A stretch of DNA of 64,000 bases from an uncultured Planctomycetota bacterium (GTDB lineage Bacteria; Planctomycetota; Phycisphaerae; Tepidisphaerales; Tepidisphaeraceae). Positions 49,549-59,999 of this stretch are shown here, piece by piece. Position 1 is the first letter of the stretch. Every line of letters starts with the position of its first letter. A program made the translations under genes and the position numbers. The stretch is from the NCBI GenBank assembly GCA_963841915.1, contig CAWJEN010000004.1, positions 32,001 through 96,000 on the forward strand, read 5' to 3'. The notes under the pieces were generated by a model that was not told the origin of the DNA, did not search any database, and was given only the letters and a program-made list of their open reading frames with translations.

Positions 49549-49938
49549 TCAACCGACGCTTGCGCCCGCCTCGATCTGCCCGTGTGGGCCGACGACGACG
49601 ACCGTCTGATGCGCATCATCACTGGCGGCAAGGAGCATGCCTTGGCTGACTTCGCCGCGCATCTTGCGTGGGGCGAGGTTGGCCACGACGACAATCTGTT
49701 TGCCGACGAGGTCGTCGGGCTCGTAGATGCCGCGAAGCCCGGCACAGATCTGGCGTCCTTCGGGCGTGCCGTCATCGAGCTGCAGTTTCAGCAGCTTGTC
49801 GGCATTGGGGTGAGGTTCGCAGCTCTTGACGGTGGCGACGCGCAGGTCGAGCTTCAGAAAGTCGTCGATTGTGATCTGCGGCTTACCGGTCGGCTCGGCC
49901 GGGGCCGGTAATGGCGTGGGGGGAGTGGCGTCGCTCAT
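49549..49938 (-). CDS. Stand-alone tRNA-binding OB-fold (MetG C-terminal/Trbp111/CsaA)
   Basis: ITIDDFLKLDLRV, HPNADKL, NLAPRKMRGEVSQGM. Confidence 0.9.
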   Translation of the reverse strand: MSDATPPTPLPAPAEPTGKPQITIDDFLKLDLRVATVKSCEPHPNADKLLKLQLDDGTPEGRQICAGLRGIYEPDDLVGKQIVVVANLAPRKMRGEVSQGMLLAASDDAHQTVVVVGPHGQIEAGASVG

Positions 49939-49951
49939 GACGCAGCGTAGA

Positions 49952-51314
49952 TCATTCATTCGCAGGTGCCATCCGAACGAAACCACTTTGCACGATTGGC
50001 GTCGGCGGATTGGCCGGCAGGATGATGGAGAACGTCGCGCCGCCTCCGGGCTCGCTCTCGACTTCAAGCCTCGCCTCGAGCAGATCGGCTGCGCAACGGG
50101 CGATGAACAGGCCAAGCCCCGAACCGCCTGAGGTGTGGCTGCCAGCGCCACGATGGAATCGGTCGAAGAGTGTGGATGCCTGCCCCTCGGCGAGGCCGGG
50201 ACCACAGTCGCAGACGCTGATACGGGTACCGCCATCGTCACCGACGGACTCTTCGTGCTTCAGGGTGATTGGTCCCGCATCGCCGGCATACCGGATCGCA
50301 TTTCTTAGGAAGTTCAGCAGGATGCTCGTCAGCAGGTCGGGGTCCGTCTCGACAAGGACCGTCGGCTCACAGCTGACGAACACGACAGCTTTGTCCGTAT
50401 CCTCATCACCGCAAAGGTCTTCTGCAAGAACGGCGTCTGCCGATCGCGCGACGGCTCTTGCGACGCCGGCCATCAGAGGTGCCAGCTCCACCTTCCGCGG
50501 TTTGACTGTCACCGCCGCCGCACCGGCCCGAAGACGCTCGGCCTCGAGCACTCGCGTCATCGTGTGCAGCGTCCCGTCAATTAAGTGACGTGCATCAGTC
50601 GCGTCGCGGGCAAGCTCGCCTGCCTGCTCGGTCGAAAGATCGTTACTCGCAAGCCCGCGGCTGATGAGCCCGAGCGAGAGGGTCGCGCCGCTCAGTGCTC
50701 CTCGAAGATCATGCGACAATGCCGCCAGGAAGCGGCTCATGGCCTCTGCCTCCAGACGCGCCCGCTGCTCCCGCAGGTCGGCAAAGCTCACGGCCGACGC
50801 TGCACCGAGTTCATCGAGCAGGGCGTGAATCAGATCCGACTCCCGCGAGTTCGGTCGACGTCCTAACTCCTCGCGCAGAGAGTATTTGACGCTGTGACGC
50901 AGCACCGCGTTGCCGACGAGCAGTTCACCCGTCGTGAAGTCCTGCCCGTATCGAGCGACTGCGTGAGCGGTGCCTGCGAGTCGAAACTCGACGGCCGGCC
51001 GCACGCGACGATCGGCCTCTCCCACTTCAGACTCCGGCCGGATGATGCGGACCATGGCGTCGATGCACGTCACCAGGTCGTCCAGTACGCCCGCATCAGT
51101 CAAGCCCTTCGTGCTGGCGACAGACTTGCGAAGGGCGTCGACGTGCCGCGCACAAATCCTCGCCTCTGAGGCTTCTACGCGCCTCGGCCAATGCGTGACG
51201 TTCCTCCTCGTCCAGCTCATCAAGGAGTTCGAGGACTACATTGTGACCGATGGGCGAAGAAACGTCCGTCGAAAAGTCGCTCACCACGCCCCCGGGTTGG
51301 ATGATTGTTTGCAT
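49952..51314 (-). CDS. Cytoplasmic sensor histidine kinase, probably split by a +1 frameshift at ~51179
   Basis: H box LSHDLR, NAIRY, DCGPG, GSGLGL; ORF 51096-51314 joins as HALAEA|VEASEARI if one base is removed (453 aa). Confidence 0.8.
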
Positions 51315-51399
51315 GGCGGTAGCGGAGCAGGAGGTGTCGACTGGAGTACGCGCGTTTATCGAGCGGGGTGTCCGCGACTGCTACGCCAATGGGAGTCAA

Positions 51400-52161
51400 T
51401 TAGTTCCGGCTACTGCGGAAAATCACCCAGAGGATTTTCGTGCCGGCCATGAAGGTGCCGCGGACGGTTCCCGTGATCTTGCTGACGCCGATCCGCTGGC
51501 GGTACTTTGCGGGAACTTCGCGACAGCGAAGGCCGAGCTTGGCCGCCTTGACCTGCATCTCGACCGTCCAGCCGTAGGTCGTGTCGGCCATCTTCATCTG
51601 TTGCAATGCCGCCCATGAGACGCACCGGAACGGGCCTAAATCGGTGAATGTCTCGCCGTACAGCTTGCGGATCAGGAAGCATGCCAGCTTGTTGCCAAAG
51701 ATCGCCTGCGGGAGCAGGGCACCCTTGGGCTGCCTGGTCAGCATCCGACTGGCCAGCACCAGGTCGGCCTCACCTGCGACGACGGGGCCGACCACCTCGC
51801 CGAGCTGGTCAGGGTGGTCGCTGAAGTCGGCGTCGATGAAGGCAACGGCCTGCGGTGGATCCTTTGCAATTTCCGCTAATGCCGCCAGACATGCTGACCC
51901 GTAACCCTGTTGGGTGGCCGGTACGACGGTCGCGCCGAACTTGCGGGCGACATCTGCGGTGTAATCCGTCGAGTTATTGTCCGCTACGACGACGCGGCAG
52001 TGCCAACGCTCGGGCAGTGCGTCAATCACGCGGCCGATGCTCGCCTCCTCGTTCCACGCCGGAATGACAACGGCCACGTCGGCCCGCTCCGACTTGACGA
52101 CGCTGGTGGTTCGTACGTCGGCTTGGTCGAGCGCGGCCATAAGAAAGGTTATGGCCGTCAT
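51400..52161 (-). CDS. Glycosyltransferase family 2 (DPM1-like)
   Basis: VVIPAWNEE, DNNSTD, DAD, RIGVSKI; start could be 52140. Confidence 0.9.
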   Translation of the reverse strand: MTAITFLMAALDQADVRTTSVVKSERADVAVVIPAWNEEASIGRVIDALPERWHCRVVVADNNSTDYTADVARKFGATVVPATQQGYGSACLAALAEIAKDPPQAVAFIDADFSDHPDQLGEVVGPVVAGEADLVLASRMLTRQPKGALLPQAIFGNKLACFLIRKLYGETFTDLGPFRCVSWAALQQMKMADTTYGWTVEMQVKAAKLGLRCREVPAKYRQRIGVSKITGTVRGTFMAGTKILWVIFRSSRN

Positions 52162-52218
52162 CGAAAGAAGTTAGATTGCCATTGTACGGCAGAGTGGGAT
52201 GGCTTACGCTTGCAGGCC

Positions 52219-52653
52219 GTGGCAAGTCGCCGATCCAGCTTCGTATCGCATTGCCGCGTGATTGGTGGCACGGTGCTGGTTTGGACGGCGACGCTGGCTT
52301 ACCTGTTGCTCCCAGCTGCAAACGCCGTCCACGCGGTTGCACACACTGCCGAGCATCACGACGAGCATGTGGCGGTCGACGACGTTGCGGATGAACCAGC
52401 TTCATCCCACGGATCCGATTCATCCCACGGATCTGCGTCGCATGAAACACCGTCACACGATCATTCGGATGAGTCGTGTCAGACGTGCTTGCTCCTGACC
52501 AACGCCGGCAGCCTCGCGACGATCGGCATCGTGGCCCCGGCCGTTCTGCCGGACCCGCCGACCTTCGCGGCTGAGTTAGTCATCGTCGAATGCGTTGCCT
52601 GCGACCGTGCCACGCCCGCGCAGCCGCGTGGACCGCCTGCCATTCTTCTTTAA
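52219..52653 (+). CDS. DUF2946-like His/Cys-rich exported leader protein ending in RGPP
   Basis: Signal-like N-terminus, His-rich tract, CQTC, C-terminal QPRGPP. Confidence 0.75.
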   Translation: MASRRSSFVSHCRVIGGTVLVWTATLAYLLLPAANAVHAVAHTAEHHDEHVAVDDVADEPASSHGSDSSHGSASHETPSHDHSDESCQTCLLLTNAGSLATIGIVAPAVLPDPPTFAAELVIVECVACDRATPAQPRGPPAILL

Positions 52654-52795
52654 CGTCAGCCGGGCGATTCTGCCAAGGCTGCGTCTGCGTGTCGTTGGTT
52701 CGCCCGAGCCGCTACACGTCCCTGCTGAGCTTGCGTTGGCCGATCACATCACGTGATGTTGCTGCGCCGCTTTCGCCTCTCGTTTGAGACACATC

Positions 52796-53599
52796 ATGAA
52801 CACTCGCCTCCACCGGGCCGGCTTCACGCTGGTCGAGTTGCTCGTCGTCATCGGCATCATCGCGTTGCTCGTCGGCATTCTCCTGCCGACGCTCGCCAGT
52901 GCTCGCGTTTCCGGCCAGGCAGTCGTCTGTGCCAGCAACATGCGACAGCTCGGGACGGCCATCACGCAGTACTGCGATGACAACGGCGAGCGATACCCGC
53001 AGGGCAGACACGATTCGGGGACTAATGCCTGGAATTCGTGGATTCACACGCTCTCGCCATACGTCGGCGATGTCGACGAGATTCGCCTGTGCCCGGCTCA
53101 CGAGCGTGGGCATGAGTGGCTCGACGACAGCAACAACACGCTCACCGTCACGCCTGAAGGCGACTCCTACACGACAGGCAAAGGCACGAGCTACAAGCTC
53201 AACATCTACATCATCGAGCCGGTCGAGCGACAAGTTGGCCTGACCTTCCTCGAGGTGGCTGATTTCACGCGGCGCTCCACGATTCCGAGTTCGACTGAAG
53301 CGATTCTGGCCTTCGAGACGAGCGATCGCATCGTTGAGTACGACGAGGCGGCCGACCACACGCACAGCAACGAATGGTTCTTTTCTGCCGACGCCAATGA
53401 CCGTTGGCAAGCGGTGCTCGACGACATCCAGCCCGATCGTCACGCCACGACCACCACGCCGGATCGCGACGAGGGACGCTCGAACGTCCTGTTCGCCGAC
53501 ACGCACGTCGCCCCGCTGCAGGCGGGCAAGGTCCGGCAGGACATCCGCGACAACTTCAACTTCGCCTACCCGCCCGGCCACCCGACCTCCCCGAACTAG
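52796..53599 (+). CDS. Prepilin-type N-terminal cleavage/methylation protein (DUF1559 / H-X9-DG-like)
   Basis: [32 protein letters not shown]...SNVLFADTH. Confidence 0.9.
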   Translation: MNTRLHRAGFTLVELLVVIGIIALLVGILLPTLASARVSGQAVVCASNMRQLGTAITQYCDDNGERYPQGRHDSGTNAWNSWIHTLSPYVGDVDEIRLCPAHERGHEWLDDSNNTLTVTPEGDSYTTGKGTSYKLNIYIIEPVERQVGLTFLEVADFTRRSTIPSSTEAILAFETSDRIVEYDEAADHTHSNEWFFSADANDRWQAVLDDIQPDRHATTTTPDRDEGRSNVLFADTHVAPLQAGKVRQDIRDNFNFAYPPGHPTSPN

Positions 53600-53605
53600 C
53601 ACGCC

Positions 53606-54607
53606 ATGCGCACCCTCACAACCTCCCTTGCTGTTCTCGCTACCACGACCGCTGCCAGCGCCATCGACATCCGTCTAGCCAGCGGCGTCGTGCCTCTGAC
53701 CTTCGCAGTCGAGACCCAGATCCCCGGCTCGCAGCCGCTCGATAACGCCCACGTCGACGTCCAAACGCCTTACCAGGCAGGCGGCTCGTTCGGCAGCCGC
53801 TACCAGACGGTCGGCACCGAACCCGCAGGCACCCCGGGTGACAGCCACCTTGTTGTCAATCCGACCAATCGTCTCAACCTCGACGCCGGTGGCCTTGCCA
53901 ACTTCGACTTCATCGGCGCGACGCCCGACGAAGATTTCTGGCTCCTGCCCCAGGGGCAAAGGCCCGGCGGGTTGAACTACCTCTACCTCGGCGTTGCCGC
54001 CGACGCCGTCTCGCAGGGGGCCCGCAACGAGATGGTGCCGTGGAATCCGCAGGATGCCCGCGTCTCCAGTACACCTAACCGCTGGATCGAGTGGCAGCTC
54101 AGCGACGTGCAGTCGCCCAGCGGCAACGGTGACTTTGCCGTGTTTCAACTTTCCAGCGGAGGCGGCAGCACCGTCTTCATGAGCACCGTCGACAGCATCA
54201 CCAGCGACGACCAGCTTTGGATGGCAGCCGGCAGCCACGGCCATTACAACTGGTCCTTCACCGAGCAGGGCGTATGGACCGTCGAAATCAGGGCCTTCAC
54301 CCGCGTCGACCTCGATGTCCTGCCGGGCGACGCCAACCTGGACGGCACGGTCAGCATCCTCGACTTCGCCATCCTGCGGGCCAACTTCGGTAGCGGCAAC
54401 AGTGCCTTCAACCTCGGCGACCTCAACGATGACGGCGTCGTCTCGATCCTCGACTTTGCCATCCTGCGGGCCAACTTCGGCACGAGCCTGACAATCAGTC
54501 AGCTCGCAGCCGTGGACGCCTGGTACGCCACCGTCGTGCCGGAGCCGGCTTTAGCCGGAACCCTCCTTCTGGCCGCAGGCGCATCACTGACGCGTCGGCG
54601 GGTCTGA
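53606..54607 (+). CDS. Choice-of-anchor M (TIGR03769)-like protein with dockerin-like repeats and PEP-CTERM
   Basis: HVD, WLLPQ, YLG, SHGHYNWSFTEQG; two GDxNxDGxVSILDFAILRANFG repeats; VPEP-TM-RRV. Confidence 0.8.
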   Translation: MRTLTTSLAVLATTTAASAIDIRLASGVVPLTFAVETQIPGSQPLDNAHVDVQTPYQAGGSFGSRYQTVGTEPAGTPGDSHLVVNPTNRLNLDAGGLANFDFIGATPDEDFWLLPQGQRPGGLNYLYLGVAADAVSQGARNEMVPWNPQDARVSSTPNRWIEWQLSDVQSPSGNGDFAVFQLSSGGGSTVFMSTVDSITSDDQLWMAAGSHGHYNWSFTEQGVWTVEIRAFTRVDLDVLPGDANLDGTVSILDFAILRANFGSGNSAFNLGDLNDDGVVSILDFAILRANFGTSLTISQLAAVDAWYATVVPEPALAGTLLLAAGASLTRRRV

Positions 54608-54655
54608 TGTTCTGTTATCGCTTATTTCTCAATCCGTCTTCCGGAGACCCTGAAC

Positions 54656-55363
54656 ATGCACGCTTCCACCATCATCGCCCTCGCCGCCGCTTCTGCGGCA
54701 ACACCCGTCCTTGCCCAGACCAACCTTGACGGCGGCCACTTCGACATCGAAGTCGAGACCGTCTTTGGCCCCAACGGAACCGTCGAGGAGATCGAGCTCA
54801 TTCTCGCTAACGAGGACGAGGGCAACCCGCCGTTCCCGTCCATCGGTGAGCTCGAGGCCGACGAGGCCGTTCTCGTGCCCGGCAACATCCGCACGCAAGG
54901 CACCGCACTCGGTGGCATCGCAGCCGGCTCGACCGTCTACTTTGTTCCCGAGCAACAGGACTTCGAAACCCTCTGGCTCGGGATCGGTAGCGAAGAAACT
55001 GGTGCCGGCGTGATCGTCGAAGATCAATACGTCCTGAATCTTGTCGGTTACACCGGCCCGGGCACCTTCGTCGTCAGCCAGGCCAGCCTCGGCGGGCCGA
55101 TCATCAGCATCGACACCAGCGACGGCCTCACAGGCGATGCGCTGATCGCCAGCACCGTCGGTGACAGCCACTACGACTTCGCCTTCGACACCATCGGCAC
55201 CTACGAGCTGACGTTCGAAGCAACCGGCACGCTCACTCCCGCCTTTGGCGGCGGTAATGTCTCGGCAATCTCCACCTACACGTTCTCCGTTGTGCCCGAG
55301 CCGACCACGGCAGCAATGGTCGGTCTTGCCGGCCTCGCCATGCTCCGCCGTCGGCGGGCCTGA
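54656..55363 (+). CDS. Choice-of-anchor M-like PEP-CTERM protein
   Basis: GHFD, YFVPE, WLG, SHYDFAFDTIGTYELTF; VPEP-TM-RRRR. Confidence 0.75.
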   Translation: MHASTIIALAAASAATPVLAQTNLDGGHFDIEVETVFGPNGTVEEIELILANEDEGNPPFPSIGELEADEAVLVPGNIRTQGTALGGIAAGSTVYFVPEQQDFETLWLGIGSEETGAGVIVEDQYVLNLVGYTGPGTFVVSQASLGGPIISIDTSDGLTGDALIASTVGDSHYDFAFDTIGTYELTFEATGTLTPAFGGGNVSAISTYTFSVVPEPTTAAMVGLAGLAMLRRRRA

Positions 55364-55375
55364 ATTGCACACGGA

Positions 55376-55449
<74 letters not shown>

Positions 55450-55511
55450 GAAAGAACGGGGCCGCCACTGTAGTCACAGCGGCGGCCCCTGTCACGTGCG
55501 GCCTGCGCGTC

Positions 55512-56840
55512 TCAGCGAAGGTAGTTCCGCCATGCCTGGACGAGGCCTTCGTAGTTGACGCCGTACAGCTCTTGCAGCAGTGCTTCCGTCTCTTCGCCGG
55601 CCTTGATGCGGTCGACCATCTGCACGAACCGGGCCGGATCTTCGTGGTACAAGGCGGCCGTCATCGTGTACATGACCGGGTACAACTCTGCACCAGGCAT
55701 GTAGCTGTCGTCAAACAGCCGCTCGAGGTTGTCGTTGCTGCGGGCGAACTGCCTGGCGGTTTCGATCGCGTTCGGCCGCTGCATGACGTTCTCGGCCAAC
55801 ATCTCGGCCAGCCCTTCGTTCATCCACCGCGGAATGTGGCGTTCGCCTCTATAGCGGGCCAGAAACGCATGGACGAACTCGTGCGTGAGCGTGCGGGCCC
55901 AGCGGATCCGTGCCTGCTGCAGGCCGACCTGATTGGTCGCTGACGGCTTGCTCATGACGAGCTTGTTGAGCCCACCGGGACGCGACGTGTGGTAGCCGGC
56001 AACCGTGTCACTGGCCTCAAACCGATCGAACTCCCGCGCGTAAGCGATCATGTCCTTCGATGAATGAAACATGTAAACGGGCATGCGTCCGACGAAGACT
56101 GTGTCGTCCTCGGCCACGTGAAACTCTCGGGCGAGCAGGGCGTACGCGTCTTCGAGTCGGGCCGTCAGCCACGCGTCGTCGATCGGGTCCCAGTCGGTGT
56201 AGATGACAAAGTGCGGCGTGTAGACCTGGCGTAGCCGCAGATTCAACTGCTTCGAGGCATCGAGCGCCTCGACCTCCGCCAGCCGCTCGGCCTCGGCGGC
56301 CGCTTCAGGAGTCACCGGTAAGAACTTCGGCGGCAGCTCCTGCTCGGGCGGCGTGAGCACCTCGACCTCAGGCAAGGCCGCGTCGGTATCCGGGACGATT
56401 TCGGCAGGTGGAAATCCGCGAAGCGTGTTCAACGGCCGGGCAAGTGCCGCGTCGATGTCTGCCTCTCGATCCGGGGCGAGGCGGCGGGCTCGCGATGCCG
56501 CCCGCGCCGCTTCCTGCTCCGCCCCGATGTCACGACCGAAAACGATCAGCGTGATCCAATCGTCGGCATCTGTCGGCTGGCCCCGCGCCCGCATCACCGC
56601 CAGAAATGCGCTGGAAGGCGAGACGTCGGCCCAGGCGATCTGTCGCTCCTCGCCATTCACGACAAGCGTCATTCCGTCATCATCGATGCCTGACAAGCCG
56701 CCGATGACGCGTCGCGCGTCGGCCGGCTCTGCGGGAAGCGTCACTGCCACCCGGACCGGCGGATCAAAGGTTTGCGGCTCGACACCTTTGGCGGTGCAGG
56801 CGGTGAGCAACACGAACAGCAGGGCGATGCGGAAAGCCAT
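55512..56840 (-). CDS. Exported zincin-like metallopeptidase (DUF1570/peptidase MA-like)
   Basis: Signal peptide; HEFVH...PRWMNEGLAE. Confidence 0.8.
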   Translation of the reverse strand: MAFRIALLFVLLTACTAKGVEPQTFDPPVRVAVTLPAEPADARRVIGGLSGIDDDGMTLVVNGEERQIAWADVSPSSAFLAVMRARGQPTDADDWITLIVFGRDIGAEQEAARAASRARRLAPDREADIDAALARPLNTLRGFPPAEIVPDTDAALPEVEVLTPPEQELPPKFLPVTPEAAAEAERLAEVEALDASKQLNLRLRQVYTPHFVIYTDWDPIDDAWLTARLEDAYALLAREFHVAEDDTVFVGRMPVYMFHSSKDMIAYAREFDRFEASDTVAGYHTSRPGGLNKLVMSKPSATNQVGLQQARIRWARTLTHEFVHAFLARYRGERHIPRWMNEGLAEMLAENVMQRPNAIETARQFARSNDNLERLFDDSYMPGAELYPVMYTMTAALYHEDPARFVQMVDRIKAGEETEALLQELYGVNYEGLVQAWRNYLR

Positions 56841-56881
56841 CGTCCGCACTTTACCACGACCGACTACCCTCTGCCGTCACC

Positions 56882-58492
56882 ATGCCGGACGCCGAGCCAA
56901 GCAACATGCCCCGCCTGCCAATGGTGCTGCTCGCGGTCGTTGCGCACGGACTGCTGTCTGTCTTTGCGTACGCACCGTTTGATCAGTTTTATCTGGCCTG
57001 GGTTGCGGTTATCCCGTTGCTGTGGTTGTCGGCAACAGCGACGACGCCGTTGCGGGCGTTCGGCCGCGGCTACCTTGCCGGCTTCACATACTTCTGCGGG
57101 AACCTTTGGTATCTGTGGTTCATCGGCTTCTGGCCGATGCTCGGCACGTTCGTCTACCTCGCCCTGTTCAATGGCCTGTTTGCTGTCGCATGGCGGCCCT
57201 GGGCACAGCGTTCGAGCGTGCTCGTCACCGGCCTGATGGCGGCGGTGATGTGGGTGGCGGTCGACTACCTGCGGGCAATGCTGCCATTCGGGTTGCCATA
57301 CATCTTCCTCGGGCACACACAGTTGCCGCTGCTGCCGGCCGTGCAGATTGCCGACACGCTTGGTGCGTACGGCGTGACGTTCCTGGTCGTGCTCGTCAAC
57401 GCCTCGATCTACTTCGCGTGGAAGCATCGGCGGCAGGCCAAGCCGACTGGCCTCCTTTCTGTCACTACTGGTGTCATCGTCGCGTGCACCGCCTACGGCT
57501 TCCTGCGTCTGGGTGAGCAAGACTTTACCGAGGGCCCGCAAATCGCACTCGTTCAGCCAGACCTGCCGCTGCTGAACACGGAGCCGCCCGACGACGTTGC
57601 CCTGATGGCGTGGTTGATCGACGCCTCCCGCGACGCCGCCGATGCGTCGGAGCTTGACCTTGTCGTCTGGCCTGAATCTTCGACACCGGCGATCAATGTC
57701 GAGTCTCGCCGCTTCGGTCTCGGCGGCGACTACGGCTCACTCATCGCGGTCACGCACGGGGCAATCTCGTCTATCTCGGCAGGCGGACCCGACTTCCTCG
57801 TCGGTGGCAGCTACCGGCTGTGGGAAGTCGATGAGGATCGGCTTGTCCAAGCCGTCGATCGTCGCAATGCCGTTTATCACTACGCGGAGGGGCAGCAGTC
57901 GCAGGACCGTTACGACAAGCGCGCCCTCATGCCGTTCGGCGAATACATCCCGCTGAGCAGCGCGCCGCCGCCATTGTCTTTCGTGTACGACTTCTTCAAC
58001 CTGTTTAACCCCTGGGGCGGCGACTACAGCCTGACACCGGGCAAGCGAGAGGTCGTCTTTGACATCAACGGCACCCGCGCCGTCACGCCGATCTGCTTCG
58101 AAGACATCTTGCCTTGGCGGACGCGAGAAATGGTGTATCAGGACGGGTTCAAGGCGGCGGACCTCATCGTCAACGTCACCAACGACGGATGGTTCCGCGG
58201 CAACCAGATGGCACAACACCTCCAAGCGGCGGCGTTCCGCTCGATTGAGAACCGCGTGCCGATGGTTCGCAGCGTCAACACCGGCGTCAGCGCGTTTGTC
58301 GACCCGGACGGCAGGATCGCCTCGCAGCTTCCCGCCGCCGAGGCCGGCGTGCTCGTCGGACGGCCGATGTTCGACACGCGCACCAGCCCGTATGGTCGCA
58401 TCGGTGACGCGTTTGCTGTCATCTGTTCGACGCTGAGCGTCATCGGAATCATCGGTCTCCGGCTTAAGACTAGGAAAAAGACTCTAGCATGA
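56882..58492 (+). CDS. lnt: Apolipoprotein N-acyltransferase
   Basis: Multi-TM; WPE, K..LMPFGEY, ICFE, TNDGWF, NTGVS. Confidence 0.95.
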   Translation: MPDAEPSNMPRLPMVLLAVVAHGLLSVFAYAPFDQFYLAWVAVIPLLWLSATATTPLRAFGRGYLAGFTYFCGNLWYLWFIGFWPMLGTFVYLALFNGLFAVAWRPWAQRSSVLVTGLMAAVMWVAVDYLRAMLPFGLPYIFLGHTQLPLLPAVQIADTLGAYGVTFLVVLVNASIYFAWKHRRQAKPTGLLSVTTGVIVACTAYGFLRLGEQDFTEGPQIALVQPDLPLLNTEPPDDVALMAWLIDASRDAADASELDLVVWPESSTPAINVESRRFGLGGDYGSLIAVTHGAISSISAGGPDFLVGGSYRLWEVDEDRLVQAVDRRNAVYHYAEGQQSQDRYDKRALMPFGEYIPLSSAPPPLSFVYDFFNLFNPWGGDYSLTPGKREVVFDINGTRAVTPICFEDILPWRTREMVYQDGFKAADLIVNVTNDGWFRGNQMAQHLQAAAFRSIENRVPMVRSVNTGVSAFVDPDGRIASQLPAAEAGVLVGRPMFDTRTSPYGRIGDAFAVICSTLSVIGIIGLRLKTRKKTLA

Positions 58493-59490
58493 AGCGACTG
58501 TTTCCCATCGTGTTGGTGCTCGCACATCTCGTCGCGGCCGGATGTCAGTCGGTTGGTGTGTCGGCGAGCGACGTGCCGCTACCGCCGCCGGTGTTGGCGA
58601 CGCCGGTCGATGATGCGCTTGTCGAGCGTGCAGCCGAAGTCGTGCGTGAGGCGGCGGTGTCGCAGGATCCTGCCCGCCGAGCCAACGCCGCCGAGGCCGC
58701 CGAGTCGCTGCCACGTGACGAGGCGGCACAGGTCATCGTGCCGATGCTTGTGGACGAAAATGCCGTCGTTCGTTTCGCGGCCACGCTCGCCGTCGGTCGT
58801 AATCGGCTAAGCGGGCCGGGCGTCAACGACAAGCTGATCGAGCTTGTCCGCGGCGGATCGCCCAACGGCCGCCTGGCCGCAGTCTTTGCCCTGCACCAGC
58901 TCGGGAACACGTCGTTCAGCCAGTCATTGGCCAGGGCGACAAGGGTTAGCGATCCAGTCGTTCGCTCCCACGCGGCCCTGACGCTGGGGCTCACCGGTGA
59001 CCGGTCGGCTACTCGCGTCCTCGAGCCGTTGCTCAAGGACGCCGACGCCCGGGTTCGCCTGACCGCGGCGGAAGCACTGTGGCAACTCGGCAGCGACAAA
59101 GGGCTGAGCCCGCTGCTTGGCGCCAGCGCCAGCGGCTACAGCGACGACAGCGTCATCGGCACCCTCGCCCTTGGTAGTCACCCGGATCAGCGGGCGATCA
59201 CGAGCCTCGAAGGCAAGCTCAGCGACGACTACCCGGAAGTCGCCCTCGCCGCCGCCCGGGCACTTGGGCGGCTCGGCAGCGACCGCGGCTACGTGGTGGC
59301 CGTCGAGCATGCCGACAGCAAGCTGCCGTTGCGACGCGGCCTCGCCGCTGCGGCATTCGGCGACATCGGTCGCACCGACACGCAGCCGTTACTCGACAAG
59401 TTGCTCGACGACGAGAACGAGAACGTCCAACTCATGGCAGCGACGTCGATCCTGCAGATCGCCCGCACCGGCGGCGGGGCGGCTGAGTGA
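58489..59490 (+). CDS. HEAT-repeat lipoprotein
   Basis: Lipobox AAGC; repeated D...VR..AA.ALG units. Confidence 0.85.
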   Translation: MKRLFPIVLVLAHLVAAGCQSVGVSASDVPLPPPVLATPVDDALVERAAEVVREAAVSQDPARRANAAEAAESLPRDEAAQVIVPMLVDENAVVRFAATLAVGRNRLSGPGVNDKLIELVRGGSPNGRLAAVFALHQLGNTSFSQSLARATRVSDPVVRSHAALTLGLTGDRSATRVLEPLLKDADARVRLTAAEALWQLGSDKGLSPLLGASASGYSDDSVIGTLALGSHPDQRAITSLEGKLSDDYPEVALAAARALGRLGSDRGYVVAVEHADSKLPLRRGLAAAAFGDIGRTDTQPLLDKLLDDENENVQLMAATSILQIARTGGGAAE

Positions 59491-59999
59491 TCCGCCTGCT
59501 CGGCATCGACCCCGGCACCCGGCTGACGGGCTACGGCGTCATCGACTACGACCCGAGCAACCCGCTGCGGCCCGACCTCGTCGACGCCGGCGTCATTCGG
59601 CTCGACGCCAAGCAGCCGCTACACGAACGACTGCTCGAGCTCGATCGAGAGCTGGCCGACATCATCGCCGAGCTCAAGCCCCGCGCCGCCGCCGTCGAGG
59701 CGGTGTACGCCCACTATGAGCATCCGAAGACAGCCATCATCATGGCCCACGCGCGGGGCGTCATGCTGCTCGCCTGCGCCCGCGCCGGATTGGCCGCCCA
59801 CGAGCTTGCAGCCAATCGGGTCAAGCAGTCGCTGACCGGTCACGGCCACGCCGACAAGTCGCAGATGCAGCGGGCGGTGCAAGCGCAATGGAACCTGGCC
59901 GAACCACCCGAACCGCCGGACGTGGCCGACGCACTGGCTATCGCCCTATGCCTCGGGCGAAGCGGCGCGGTTGATCATCTGGCGGGTGACCTCACCTGA
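59487..59999 (+). CDS. ruvC: Holliday junction resolvase RuvC
   Basis: LGIDPG, VEAVY, ARGV, GHADK, DVADALAIA. Confidence 0.96.
   Translation: MIRLLGIDPGTRLTGYGVIDYDPSNPLRPDLVDAGVIRLDAKQPLHERLLELDRELADIIAELKPRAAAVEAVYAHYEHPKTAIIMAHARGVMLLACARAGLAAHELAANRVKQSLTGHGHADKSQMQRAVQAQWNLAEPPEPPDVADALAIALCLGRSGAVDHLAGDLT

Noticed and set aside
54320..54482. Near-identical ~35-bp direct repeats (ATCCTCGACTTYGCCATCCTGCGGGCCAACTTCGG)
   Set aside because: Explained by the two dockerin-like Ca-binding repeats of the protein.
55458..55489. GC hairpin just upstream of tRNA-Val
   Set aside because: Ambiguous between a terminator for the peptidase gene and the tRNA promoter/discriminator (TACAGT on the minus strand); not called.
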